DNA from: Takakia lepidozioides | Taxonomy: Eukaryota > Plantae > Bryophyta | Assembly (NCBI GenBank): GCA_030704615.1 | Contig: CM060734.1 | Location: forward strand, 60,822,001-60,886,000 | Reading direction: 5' to 3' | DNA: 64,000 nt | Shown: positions 49,774 through 61,949 of the stretch, piece after piece | Position numbering within the stretch: the first letter of the stretch is position 1 | Layout of the letters: every line of letters begins with the position of its first letter | Translations under genes and position numbers: made by a program | The notes under the pieces: model-generated | The model's input: only the letters and a program-made list of their open reading frames with translations | Database searches by the model: none | What the model was told of the DNA's origin: nothing

Positions 49774-50139
49774 TGAATTGATTAAGCTAATGCACAAATA
49801 TACTATCGAGACTTGAACTCTGTATAAGTAGCCATCAGAATCATACAACCAATATAGAGGCATAAGAGGCTATAAGTCCTGCAGTACAACAACATAATCA
49901 GAGCATGCACATCTAGGCAGACGCACACACTAGCATCTATTGCTCATCTATCGGAGCAGTAATACAACAGCATGAAAAACAATACTACATGTATTGAAAC
50001 CTATTGAAAGCGGGAAAACAGTGGTGACGTGGCAGTAGCATGTAGTCGTCACTCTTGGTGACTCCGTCGCTCGTGATTCGTTCAGCGTAGTCACCTGCAG
50101 TAACTAACAAATATGCTCAGTGGCTTACTGATTTATTCA
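49774..50139. mobile_element. ~366-bp insertion (solo-LTR-like, TGAAT...ATTCA)
   Basis: Interrupts CCGCCACCG.TTGGTCTTCGG, which is intact at 47341 and 52821; imperfect CCGAT/CTGAT flanks. Confidence 0.5.
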
Positions 50140-50514
50140 TCTGATTGGTCTTCGGTGAGCCATTGCGATCTCGAGAGGGATAGGTGTTCATGTTCTCAGG
50201 TTTGTAGGTTTCCCAGCGGAGACCAGGGGCTTGCCGGCAGATCCAGCATGAGGGTAAATCCACCTAAAATTCTGGCACTTCTGGTTCTTCTCATACTGTA
50301 GCACCAAGTGGTTTGATCGCATCGCGCACTCGATTCTGTCTCTGGTATTGGTTTCATGACTAGCACTTCACCTGGGGGTGAGACCAAGATTTAACGCTTT
50401 AAGACAGAAGTAGTCGACGAGGCTGATTAATCTCTCAAGACTGTAAATTTGAGAGCTTCGAGATCCTGCAGCTCTCGCCGAAGAAGTAAACTTCTGAGCC
50501 TGTCTCCTGTTATA

Positions 50515-51800
50515 ATGGCGACGCACGAGGCGAAAACTGTGAAAGTTACTCTTCTGCGGACTCCGGAGGAGCTGCGGAGAAGGGTGGGCAAGCAGGTTTA
50601 TGTGCAAATTAGATCTACACCTCTGGTCTTAGATTCTGATATTTAAGTCATCATGTCTGTGGACTAATAGTTCTCGAGGAGTGATCAGTTGCTATCCTAT
50701 GCGGATTCGGGTGAAATTGAGCAGAAACTGTGTAACTCCCCTCGACTTGATAAGTGCTCCAGATGTTTCCTGGAGAGTCAACGAGCCCACAATGGGTAAA
50801 TGTACCAGAGCCTGTGAGACTATTTTGAGGAGAATTCCATCATCATTTAGTCCGAGGGAAGTTTGAGTGTGCCTGATTCGAATTCTATCTCATGATCTTC
50901 TACCCGTCTGAAACTGAAGACTCCACAAAAGATTGTACAGTTTGATAACGTCTCTAGAGATAGTACACGTAAATATACCGTGAAATTCTGTGTGGGGAAT
51001 TGGTGTGCAGTGACGGTTTCATTATTGAGCTCAATTTAACTCGAACTGTGTCAATCATTTTAGGGGTGTGGCCTGTGTATTTCCACCCGAATGTTTTCTG
51101 TGCACTCACCTGTTGAGCTATGTGACAAGAATCAGGTCATGCTCCTATGACGTCCCTTGGAGGGCTCCATTGTCATTGTCTTTCGGAGTGTGGAGAAACT
51201 TGAAGAATCGTTATTGTATGTGCCAAAGTCTATACTTCTTGATCCGAAGCCTGCTACTGGTTTTTCTTCATTGAATATTCTGCGGATAAACTCGGCATCC
51301 ACACCGACACACGAGGTGAAATATTATGGATGTAGCTCGGGTCGATACACTTCAGCTTGCTCAGTAGTCGCTACGAACCCATCCATGATGTGCAGCCAAT
51401 GCGGTAATCGTATGACCCGTGGAATGATGCTTATAACAAGGAAGCAGAAACGAACAAGCTGGCTGCACCAATTGCAGTGTCGGAGAGCATGAGCTACATC
51501 ATCACCGACGATCTGGATATCACCCCATCGCGGATGGCTGAGCTTGAGAGTTGCGAGGCCCATGTTGGGTTGGCCGAGGTAATATATCCACCATGGGACG
51601 AAGGTTTTCTGCTGTTCAAAGAACAGTCAGGCTCCATAATGAAGAAAAATAATTCTTTGATGGTCTATCGCACGCCTTGACAAACTAGCCGCAGAGTTTG
51701 CTTATGGTTCGGTGCACTGCTTTGCAGGTAATCCAGTTATTGCAGGCTTCTTTGACAAACAACAGCATTGAACGAAGTGTTCGGGAAGATCTAGGCCAAA
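50515..51800 (+). pseudogene. DUF674 (type 2) pseudogene with deletions
   Basis: MATHEAKTVKVTLL..., FRSVEKLEESLLYVPKSILLDPKP, SMSYIITDDLDITP and a frameshifted last exon. Confidence 0.82.
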
Positions 51801-52129
51801 CCCATCTACGTTGTTGGAGAGGATTTGATTTTTCAGCTTTCAAGGTTTAGCATGGTAACTGGTCAAGGGACGAAGTTTTGAATCGTGACTAAGATCTACA
51901 GATGATCAACATATTTTTCATCACTCTAGATACGTGATTACTATGACTAGGTACTATCCACACAGTCACTGAGTGAGGAAGTTCTGCTTAGTATGTTATG
52001 CAAAACAGAAACTTTTTTGGTAACTCTGTCGATGTTGTTCCAATCTTTACCGACCCAGTACTTTTGTATCGCCAAGTTACAGTATATAAACCGCAGAAGC
52101 AGAAGATACATTTCTCACAGCCCATCTGG

Positions 52130-52700
52130 ACTCTTGAGTCAATTTACTAGAGATGCCAACCATCGCTACGTTTGGGTTGAGAAGTTCCCGCTTGTTAACG
52201 TACAAATCCGATGCATCAAGCTTCTTCACGCTCTCAAATAGATTAGACAGGGCTCCCATCGACTTGCATTGTCCACCTGGATTGGCCACTTCATCGCTCG
52301 AGTTAGTTACGACATAGGCAATGGGAAGATAGGTTTGACGTCACTTGCAACACACAATTGCGTGTGGGTTATTGATACGTAGGCTGTTCACGAAAGAATC
52401 CCAGACGCACTCTTTCACGTCCAGAATTTAATGATGCAGCCTGTGACGTTGGAGCAACGTGAAATATGACATTGTGAGTTCTTACCTTAACTCGTGTAGC
52501 AGTCTGATGAGGGCGCCTGTTGGCAACTTAGAAAGCTGAGCAGGGCATCGACGATCTCTTTGCCAGCTTCCATGTACAAGACACGCCCGCTGATTTTATT
52601 TCTTATCAGCGTCGCTGGAGTCCCGCTTTTCTGTGGTACTGCACCTGCCTTGGCAATCGGCTTGACTTGAGCCCTTCGTCAATCTCAAACGTTCAGCTAA
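52130..52700 (-). pseudogene. DUF674 (type 1) truncated copy
   Basis: MGALSNLFESVKKLDASDLYVNKRELLNP; the region matches 46110-46660. Confidence 0.82.
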
Positions 52701-53308
52701 AACGCGTACCTAGGAAGTCTTTGAGCATAATCTTTTCCGGACTTCTTACATGAACTGACTAAAAGAACAACGAGACTGGGACTGAGATAATTTGGACTTC
52801 CTGCAATTCTCACCCAAGACCCGCCACCGGTTGGTCTTCGGCACGCCTTGAAGCTATCGCCATAATTCACGATCCTAGAGGGATAGGTGCTGTTCTCAGC
52901 CATCCGAGCACAAGCTCTTAATTGACAGGGGTCAAGTGCGTCATGGACCATGATAGATCAGTAGCCGCCAGCTTACACGATAATGTAGTTACTAGTTACC
53001 AAGAGATTAGGTTTCTCAGCGGAGACTACCTAGGGGCTTACCGGCAGATCCAGCACGAGGGTAAATGGACCTAAAATCCTGGTGGGGTACAAGATTAATA
53101 GATCACGAAGTGGTTTGGTCGCCTCGCGCACTGCATTCTGTAGACCACTGGGTATTTGTTTCATTTCTAGCACTTCACCTGCGCTGCGACATGTACGATT
53201 TAACGCTCCGACAGAAGTAGGACGAGGCTGATTAATCTCTCAAGCCTGTCAAATTTGAGAGCTTAGAGCTGATCCTGCAGCTCTCACCGTCGAAGAAGTT
53301 GTATTAAA

Positions 53309-56300
53309 ATGGCGACTCATGAGGCGAAAACTGTGAAAGTTACTCTTCTGCGGAGAAGGGTGGGCAAGCAGGTCTTGTACTTGGAAGCACGAAAGGATTT
53401 TGTGGACATCCTCATGAGTTATTTGACATTGCCTACGGGGGCCATAATTAAGATTCTCTCAACAGGTATGGTTTATGTGCTTGCAAAGATCTACACGGTA
53501 CACCTGGCCTTAGATTCTGATAGATGGACTTAGATGTCTGTGGACTAATACTAGCTCTCGGGGAGTGATCGGTCACCATCCTATGCGGAGAACTTCCATG
53601 TGAAACAGAGCAGAAACTGTGTAGTTGCCTTCGACTTGATAAGTCTTGGAGATTAACCGAGCAAGTTGAATGTGCTCTGACAGCCTTAGGGCCAGTTAAA
53701 TCTTGCAGGTCTAGGTAATTCGGGCCAAATCATTCTAATCTGAACTCGTCATCTCCTACCCGCCTAAAACTGAGGACTCCAGAAAAAATGTAGGATGTCA
53801 GTAATTTGAATCTTGATAACGTATGTGTATCCTCTACAGTGTGTATATAGTGAGATTTTTGATCGTGGTGAATTGGTGCAGTGATTGTTGCATTATGACC
53901 CATTCATAACGACTGTGTCAAACATCTTAGCGCCTATGGCCTCAGGTATATTTCCACCCCAATGTTTTCTATGCACTGAGTCAGTGGGCCACTGACGAGT
54001 TGAGCTGTGTGTGAGATGAATTAGGTCATGCTCCTTTGAAGTCAGCCATTGCCAATGTCTTTCGAAGTGTGGAGAAACTTGAAGAATCATCATTGTACGT
54101 GCCAAAGTCCATACTTGTTGATCCGAAGCCTGCTACTGGTTTTTCTTCAAATTTTCTGCGGATAGACTTGGCATCCACACCTACGCTCAAGACAAAATAT
54201 TATGGATGCACTAGACAAGTTTGTTCAGATTGCCTCCGGGACCCATATTTGGGACATAACAGTAGCTCGAACCGACTGTAGTGAGAAAAGAGGCCCCCAT
54301 CTTTACCCTAACTATCTATACTGCACAGTCAGAGTTGTAGCCAAATTACACACCACAACCGCCGCAGCGGAAGAGAAGACAGTCATGGCGCGCTCCCGTT
54401 GATCTCATGAAGAGTGGTAATTGCATGTGCTCATGTGATTCTCTCTGTACACAACTAATCATCCACAGCATGAGTATGCCCGTGAGGGTCACCAAGTACA
54501 AGCATTTGTTATGGCCGCAACACCTTTGAATTTGTTTGATCAAGCTGTGCAGTAGCTTACTCGGCCCCTCTCCTCCTCTTATCTTTTCTCGTCACTCTTA
54601 TGTTCTTTCTGAGAACCATCACAGGGCTGGTTCACATTCTCTGTTTAGCCATGCAGCCTAAGTGGGTCTTATCATCTCTGGAGTTGATCTTATTTGTGCA
54701 CTCAAGCTCACCATCTACTCTGTTTTCTCTCAGCTCACTCTACAGAGAAGAGATGATACTGACAACCACCTACCAGCTACCTATGGAGTCATCACGAGCT
54801 CTTAAACATTCTCCCACCATCACTAATTTTCTGGCTTCACCGTTCCCCTTTTCTTGGACTCTCTCTTATCCCCAAATTGCAAGTTCCATGGACATGAATG
54901 GATATAGAATTACTCAGGCTGACTGTGGTTTGTGCAATCTAATGTGCAAGGCAGGGTATGATTACACTCAACAGAAATATGGTCATTTCCTTCTGTTACA
55001 ACCTCATCTCTTAAGTCCTACTTCATCTCACTCAGGCAGCAGGCTATCCCACTACAACATCATGCCTTCAGTCCCAACACTGCACAAATTTGATGAATAC
55101 AACATTTCCTCCCCTTCTTGCCTCTCTTACTCTACTTTGTTCCAGACTGTAGATTCCATTGAACTGACAGGGCAGCACCACTCCAGTGTGTAATTTCACT
55201 CACCTAACCGTATACAGGGTACCACGGAAATCTAACATTCCATTTGCTACAACAAAATCAAAGTTGCAATTTCTCTCTAGGGTTTCATGACAAGAATAAC
55301 AAGATCTCCCAAAGCGATAGATCACACTTCAACTTCTTTACTGCCAATCAAATTCAACAGCCTGATTCAGGTGAATATCCCAGCAGCCACCATAATTCAC
55401 CCACAACCTACTTGCCCATTGCATCCTACCTCACCCTCCAACTGGCTTTGCTCAATCCTTCACCTTCATTGCTTTCAGCCTCCCAATCACCCCAAAAACC
55501 TACCGTTCCACCTGCCTCGCAACCGCTTATATGCCTTTCTCCATCCCCTCCGGTGATGATCGTCCTGTCCCCTCTGGCAGTTTTTACAGACTGTCTTCAT
55601 AACGCCGATGCTATCCTATCTTTGCCCTTAGATTCTCTCTCAGACGCAGATCATCCTCTGCTATTCTAATCGAGCACTCCGGGCATCAAAACCTCTTGCA
55701 GTTTTTAGATCTGCCATCATTCCCATATCACAAACGCTGCTCACGAGATTGCATGGACCCCCTAAATGACAAATGTTTATGCATAAAGACTCACTGCTGC
55801 TCCACAGATTTCACAAGCCGTATCTGATTCGCAGCAGAAGCTCTTCATCGCAAACCACTTGATGCACATGTCTCCACGAGCCACCTATGCTGTTATGAAA
55901 CTAGGGCAGATGAATGATATCAACTACATCATCAGAGCTGCACCAAAAATCATTCATTACTACATTAACACAATGTCACGGTACTTAGGAAAATTTGCAA
56001 CACATGAGACCATATCTTCCCACTACACGACAACATAATTCAAATTGCGGATCAGTAGTCGCTACGGACCCATCCATGATCTGCCCACGCGGTAATCGCA
56101 TGACCCGTGGAATGATGCTTATAACAAAGGAAGCAGAAACGAACAGTCTGGCTGCACCAACTGCAGTGTCAAAGGGAGGGTATGTGAAGAAGAGCATGAG
56201 CTACATCATCACAGACGATCTGGAAGTCACCCCATCGAGTACAATAACCACTATTGTACTCCTCAACAAGCTGAAGGTGGAGACGATGGCTGAGCTTGAG

Positions 56301-56762
56301 AGTTGCGAGGCCCTTGTTGGGTTGGCCGAGGTATCTGATCCACCATGGCCCTTGGGTTAGATCAGAAGTTGTGGTTAAACTCTATGTATAACTGAAGTAT
56401 GGAAGAATTAAACATGTGCATATTATATATATACATGTGTGTGTTGTGTGCATATATATTTATCAGTGCTTTGACGCTAATAGATAGTGTCAAGCAACCA
56501 AGATATTAATGCTCACACCAGATCTCAGTCCAGGTTATCATGAGGGTAATTAACTGTGAGATACAATGAGATCCTTGCAGAACGATTTGATGGCTTATTG
56601 CACATTTTGACAACTCGGCGTGAGAGTGTCCTTATGTTTCTTCATCGCAATGCTTTGCAGGTAGTCCAGTTATTGAAGGCTTCTTTGACGACCAACAGCG
56701 CATTGAATGAAGTGTTCGGGAAGATCTTAGCAAATGGAAAGGATTTGAGTTTCGGATGGTAG
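53309..56762 (+). pseudogene. DUF674 (type 2) gene disrupted by a 1.8-kb insertion in exon 2
   Basis: Exon 1 53309-53465; exon 2 ~54025-54213 plus 56026-56330; exon 3 56661-56762 (VVQLLKASLTTNSALNEVFG). Confidence 0.82.
54214..56020. mobile_element. Unclassified 1.8-kb insertion flanked by a CACTA 5-bp direct repeat
   Basis: CACTA at 54209-54213 and 56021-56025; removing the insert restores KYYGCTTRQHNSNCGSVV in frame. Confidence 0.55.
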
Positions 56763-56819
56763 CTTCTGGAAATGTCGACCAAAGGACGTCCTTCCGTGCC
56801 AACCTTGATTTACGTGGAC

Positions 56820-57654
56820 CGCCCCAAAAAAATTCTGAAGGATGATCAGACCAGATATATCATGAAGAAGCTGCACAAGTATGGATATGACGAGAGTCAT
56901 GCCATGACTATACCTGCAGACCCAAACAGCCGCCTCGACGAGATCAGCCGCAGAGACGAAGAAGTACAGGTCAAGTCAAGTATAGCTCTGACTCGAAGAA
57001 AGCACATTGCCAAGCCGTCTCCAGAATCATGAGATACTTCAAAGGAGTCCCAAATCTTGCCTTGACATATGGCGAGAGTGTTCAAGACAACCATCTGATA
57101 TGCTACAGTGATGTAGACTATGCCGGGGACTTAGATGACCGTAAGTCCAGGACTGGCATCATATTGTTCCTCAATGGAGGACCAATAGCTTGGATGAGCC
57201 ACAAACAAGCCTGCATGGCGACCAGTACTACAGAAGCGGAGTATATTGCTGCAAGCACAACCACCAAAGAAGCGAATATACATATCAGATATGGATGCGC
57301 AGTTTGCTCCGATCCATTGGTTGTGCGCAGGGTGGACCTACCCCATTGCATTGTGACAACTAGTCTGCCATTCGTTTGGTACACAATCCTGAGTACCACT
57401 GCCGAACAAAGCACATTGACATCTCGTACCATCTGATTCGAGAGCACCAGCTGATTGGAACTATCAACATAATTTATGTTAACACAAAAAACCAGCGAGC
57501 TAATATCCTGACGAAAGCACTCACGACCGAGAAATTTCAGCAAATGAAAGGCCTGATTGGTCTCACAAGTGTGTGATTTCTTCATTTTTTATTTCACAGA
57601 AGGATTGACTCAGTGAGTGGGAGTTTTGGTTGTAGAGAACTCATCAAGATTATA
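56820..57654 (+). mobile_element. Older Copia 3' fragment (RT end, RNase H, PPT, start of the 3' LTR; the LTR continues after 61560 to ~61920)
   Basis: YSDVDYAGDLDDRKSRTG, STTEAEYIAA, RTKHIDISYHLIRE and ANILTKAL; PPT TGAGTGGGAG at ~57614. Confidence 0.85.
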
Positions 57655-57659
57655 CTGGA

Positions 57660-60600
57660 TATTGGAAGTAATTAAACATATCTAGAAGACTAAGAGTCTT
57701 GAAGGCCAAAGGTTTAGAAGTCTAAGAGACTGTCTTGTTTAACTCACCTTTGGAAGGTGAATGGCTAGAAGGTGGATGGTCACCATAATGGAAGTGGAAG
57801 TGACCAAGTAGGACTTTCTAGAGACCTTCTTGTACAAGCTCAGGGGTGAAGCCACTAGTCTAAGTGTAAGAGTATGATGGTGGCTTCTATGGTTGGGAGG
57901 AGGGCTTTAGTTTTAGCTTTAGTCTAAGATTTTAGTTCTTGTTCATGTTCTTGCTCAATTCTAACATGGTATCAGAGCCATTCTTCTCTACGTGAGAGTT
58001 GGTAGTTGAGATTGAGAGAACTTGATTATGGCTGGAGCGTCATCTTCTAGCAAACCTCCTTCTATGTCTATGACGAGTGCATTAGATGTGAGAGTGGAAG
58101 ATCGATTCAATGGAGCTAACTATCAAACCTGGAAGTTTAGGATGGAGATGGTCCTTCTAGGCAAAGATCTATGGGGAGTGGTTGATAGATCAGTCCCAAG
58201 ACTTGACACTAATATTGTTGGCCAAGCCATATGGGATAGGAAAGATCAGAAAGCAAGAGCTAGCATCATCACAAGGTTGAGAGACAATCAGTTGCATCTC
58301 ATTATAAGTGCTAAAAATGCTAAGGATGTTTGGGACAAGCTAGCAAGCATATATGAGACGAAGGATGTCACATCACAAGTGTATGCGACGCAAAAGTTCT
58401 ATGGTCTGAAGATGACCGAGTCAGACTTAGTTGAACAACACTTGAATTTGTTTTGTGTGTTGCGAGATCAACTAGTCTCTGTGGGAACTAATGTGACTGA
58501 TTAACACGCCGCAGTGGTGTTATTGGCAACCTTACCTGAATTCTATTATGATTTTGTGGTGTCTCTAGCAGGACAAACCAACTTAACTATTGATGTTGTC
58601 ATAAGACTTCTCCTCAAGGAGGAAACAAGAAGAAAAGGTCAAGGTACATCTACAGAGGTAGACAGAGTTTTGTTCACAGGCAAGACTGGAGTAGTCTTGA
58701 ATAGAAGACTCCCTTCACATGTGTCTCAGAAGTCCCAGAGGTTTCAGTAACCTCAATCTAGCTCAAAGATCAAAAAGGCCAAAGTAAGGTGTTTTTATTG
58801 CAAGAAACTTGGTCACATGATCAAGGATTGTAGAAAGCGCATTGCAGATGAGCGCAGCAAAGAGAGTCAAGGGAACATAACTACTCATCAGAGGAACGCT
58901 ATTATATTTGTTGTGTCTCTCTCAGCCACTACTAGACAGAAGCATGTGTGGTATGAGTAGAATGGTGTAGCTGAGCGGATGAATAGATCACTGCAAGAAT
59001 CTGCAAGGAGTATGTTGAAAGAAGTGAATCTTTCAAATCATTTTTGGGCAGAAGCTGTTAGCACTGCAGCATATCTTTACAACAGAATACCTACAAAATC
59101 AGTATTGGGAAAAACACGAGAAGAGGTATGGAGTGGTCAGAAGCCTAGTGTGGCTCATTGTAGGATTTTTGGATGTCGTGCATATGTCCATATTCCTACT
59201 CAGAAACGAAGGAAACTTGACTCCAAATCAGAAGGATGCATCTTCATTGCCTACACAGAAGGTGTGAAGGGATATAAGTTGTTCAATGAGACAACTAAGG
59301 CTGTCAAACACAGTAAGGACATAGTGTTTGATGAAGGCTTCATACCCTCTTTGGTAGTGGGAGAAGATGACATGGGAATGAGCTTAGAGCCATTACACCA
59401 TTTCCAATAGGAATCTTATGAAGAGCCAATACAAGAGATGGCCGAAGCACATGATGGAGGTGTTCAACTTGATGGAGTTGATCAAGGAATCGAAGTTGGT
59501 GAACCACTTGTTGATATGGACTCTAGAGATGAAGTTGAAGATGTGCCAATTCTAAGGAGATCTCAACGGGAAAGAAAAGCTCATAATAGGCTGATTACAT
59601 CTATGAGTGTCATTGAAGCTATGGAAGAAGTATCACAAGTGGTTGAACCTGCTACATATGAGGAAGCGATGCGCTCTCCAAACAAACTACAATGGGAAGA
59701 AGCAATCAACTCAGAGTTGGATTCATTGATGCAAAACAAAGCATGAACACTCACTAGGTTGCCTGCAGGACAAAGAGCCATTGGTTGCAAGTGGATCTTC
59801 AAGTTGAAGTACAAAGCTGATGGATCTATTTACCGGTACAAAGCTCGTCTTGTAGCTAAAGGCTATGCACAAGTTCAAGGAGTGGATTATAATGAAACCT
59901 TCTCACCAGTGGTGAAGATTTATTTTATCAGAATGTTGTTAGCTCTTGCAGCTCAACATGATCACGAAGCTCATCAAATGGATGTTAAGACGACATTTCT
60001 GAATGGAGAACTATAAGAAGAGATCTACATGAGACAACCTGAAGGGTTTGTACAAGGAGGAAGTGATATTGTGTGTAAGCTGCAAAAGAGTTTGTATGGA
60101 CTCAAACAAAGTCCTCGAGCTTGGTATGCCAGGATCAATGCTTACCTCTTAAAGGCAAGATTTGAGCGAAGCATTGCTGACACAAACATCTATGTGAAAA
60201 AGATGGGAGAGCAATTTGTGGTCATAGCTCTATATGTGGATGACACAATCATTGTCACCAACGATCGTCGAAGGTTGTTGCCAGAAACCAAAACACTATT
60301 GAGTGCTGAGTTTGTCATGACTGACATGGGTGAGATTCGGTTCTGTCTTGGTAATCAAATCAGCAGAGATCGAGTGAATCATACAGTATTGATGCATCAA
60401 CAACAATACATTGAGACCATTCTACAAAGGTTTAAGTTGGAGATGAGTAAGCCAACATCAACTCCTCTCGAAGTTGGTTTGAAACTTACGAAGGATATGA
60501 CACCTAAGACTCAAGAAAAGCAAGAGGATATGAGGAAAACTCCTTATCAAAGCGCAGTCGGCAGTTTGATGTATTGCATGGTTTGTACTAGACCAGACAT

Positions 60601-61555
60601 TGCACATTCAATGGGAGTGGTCTCACAATTTCTTTCAAATCCCGGACAAACCCATTGGAAAGCAGTGAAGAGGATATTTCGATATCTAAGAAGAACATCA
60701 ACCTCTGGTCTACACTACAAGAGAGTAAAAGATCCAAGGTTGTTGGGGTTTGCTGATGCTGATTGGGTAGGAGACGTTGATAGTAAAAAATCAACTTCAG
60801 GCCATTGTTTTCTCCTAGCAGGTGGAGCTGTATCTTGGTCTAGCAAACGACAAGTTGCAACAGCGTTGTCATCAATAGAAGCTGAGTACATGTCCATTAC
60901 ACAATCAACAAATGAGGCTATTTGGTTACGGAAGTTGCTTGGAGATTTGGGTATCTCCAATCACTACCTACGACTCTCTATTGTGACAATCAAAGTACGA
61001 TTGCACTAAGTCAGAATCCAAAGTATCATTCAAGGACGAAGTACATTGAAATGCAACATCACTACATACGAGAAGTTGTATGCAAGGGAGAGATCAAGAT
61101 GATCTATTGTGCTACAGGAGATATGGTTGCGGATGTTTTGACGAAGAGTCTACCACAAACAAAACACATGAAGTGTTCAGCCTTACTTGGTGTCTCTTCT
61201 CCAAAGACAAACGAAGTAGCTCAATGATATGGTTTAATTGAGTGGGAGTGTTGGAAGTAATTAAACATATCTAGAAGACTAAGAGTCTTGAAGGCCAAAG
61301 GTTTAGAAGTCTAAGAGACTATCTTGTTTAACTCACCTTTGGAAGGTGAATGGCTAGAAGGTGGATGGTCACCATAATGGAAGTGGAAGTGACCAAGTAG
61401 GACTTTCTAGAGACCTTCTTATACAAGCTCGGGGGTGAAGCCACTAGTTTAAATGTAAGAGTATGATGGTGGCTTCTATGGTTAGGAGGAGGGCTTTAGT
61501 TTTAGCTTTAGTCTAAGACTTTAGTTCGTGTTCATGTTCTTGCTCAATTCTAACA
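57660..61555 (+). mobile_element. Ty1/Copia LTR retrotransposon with an internal deletion (protease and integrase N-terminal part missing)
   Basis: 307-bp LTRs at 57660-57966 and 61249-61555. TSD CTGGA. PBS TGGTATCAGAGCC (tRNA-iMet) at 57967. PPT TGAGTGGGAG. Motifs: gag, [37 protein letters not shown] and FADADW. Confidence 0.96.
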
Positions 61556-61949
61556 CTGGAGTCATCCTTCTTGACACCGTAGTTACTAGTAACTACAGTG
61601 CTAGTTACTTAAGCATTGTGAACAATGGGCTCTGCTTTCTTTTAGTTCATGTGTTTGTACGCTGTTGCAGATGTGTGAGGCCAATACATACCTTGGTCCT
61701 AAGGTTTACTGCTGTAGTGACACTGTAATGAAGCTGAGTGTGTGGGTCACTAGACTAGCATGAGCAGGCTGTGTCAGCCAGTGTATCTTTTCCCATGGTC
61801 ACTAATATTGTTCTAGTCTTTATGATACTATGCTTGTAAGGTGCTGACACAAGTCTTTGTATCTAGTAGATGTGTATCTTTCTTGAGCTTGCATGTGGAA
61901 AGTGTTGCCAACTACATCTCACAAACAATAGTCTGGGCAAGTGCAATCA

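Noticed and set aside
54209-56025. CACTA (En/Spm) transposon
   Set aside because: CACTA occurs as a direct repeat and is part of the host exon; there is no inverted TAGTG terminus.
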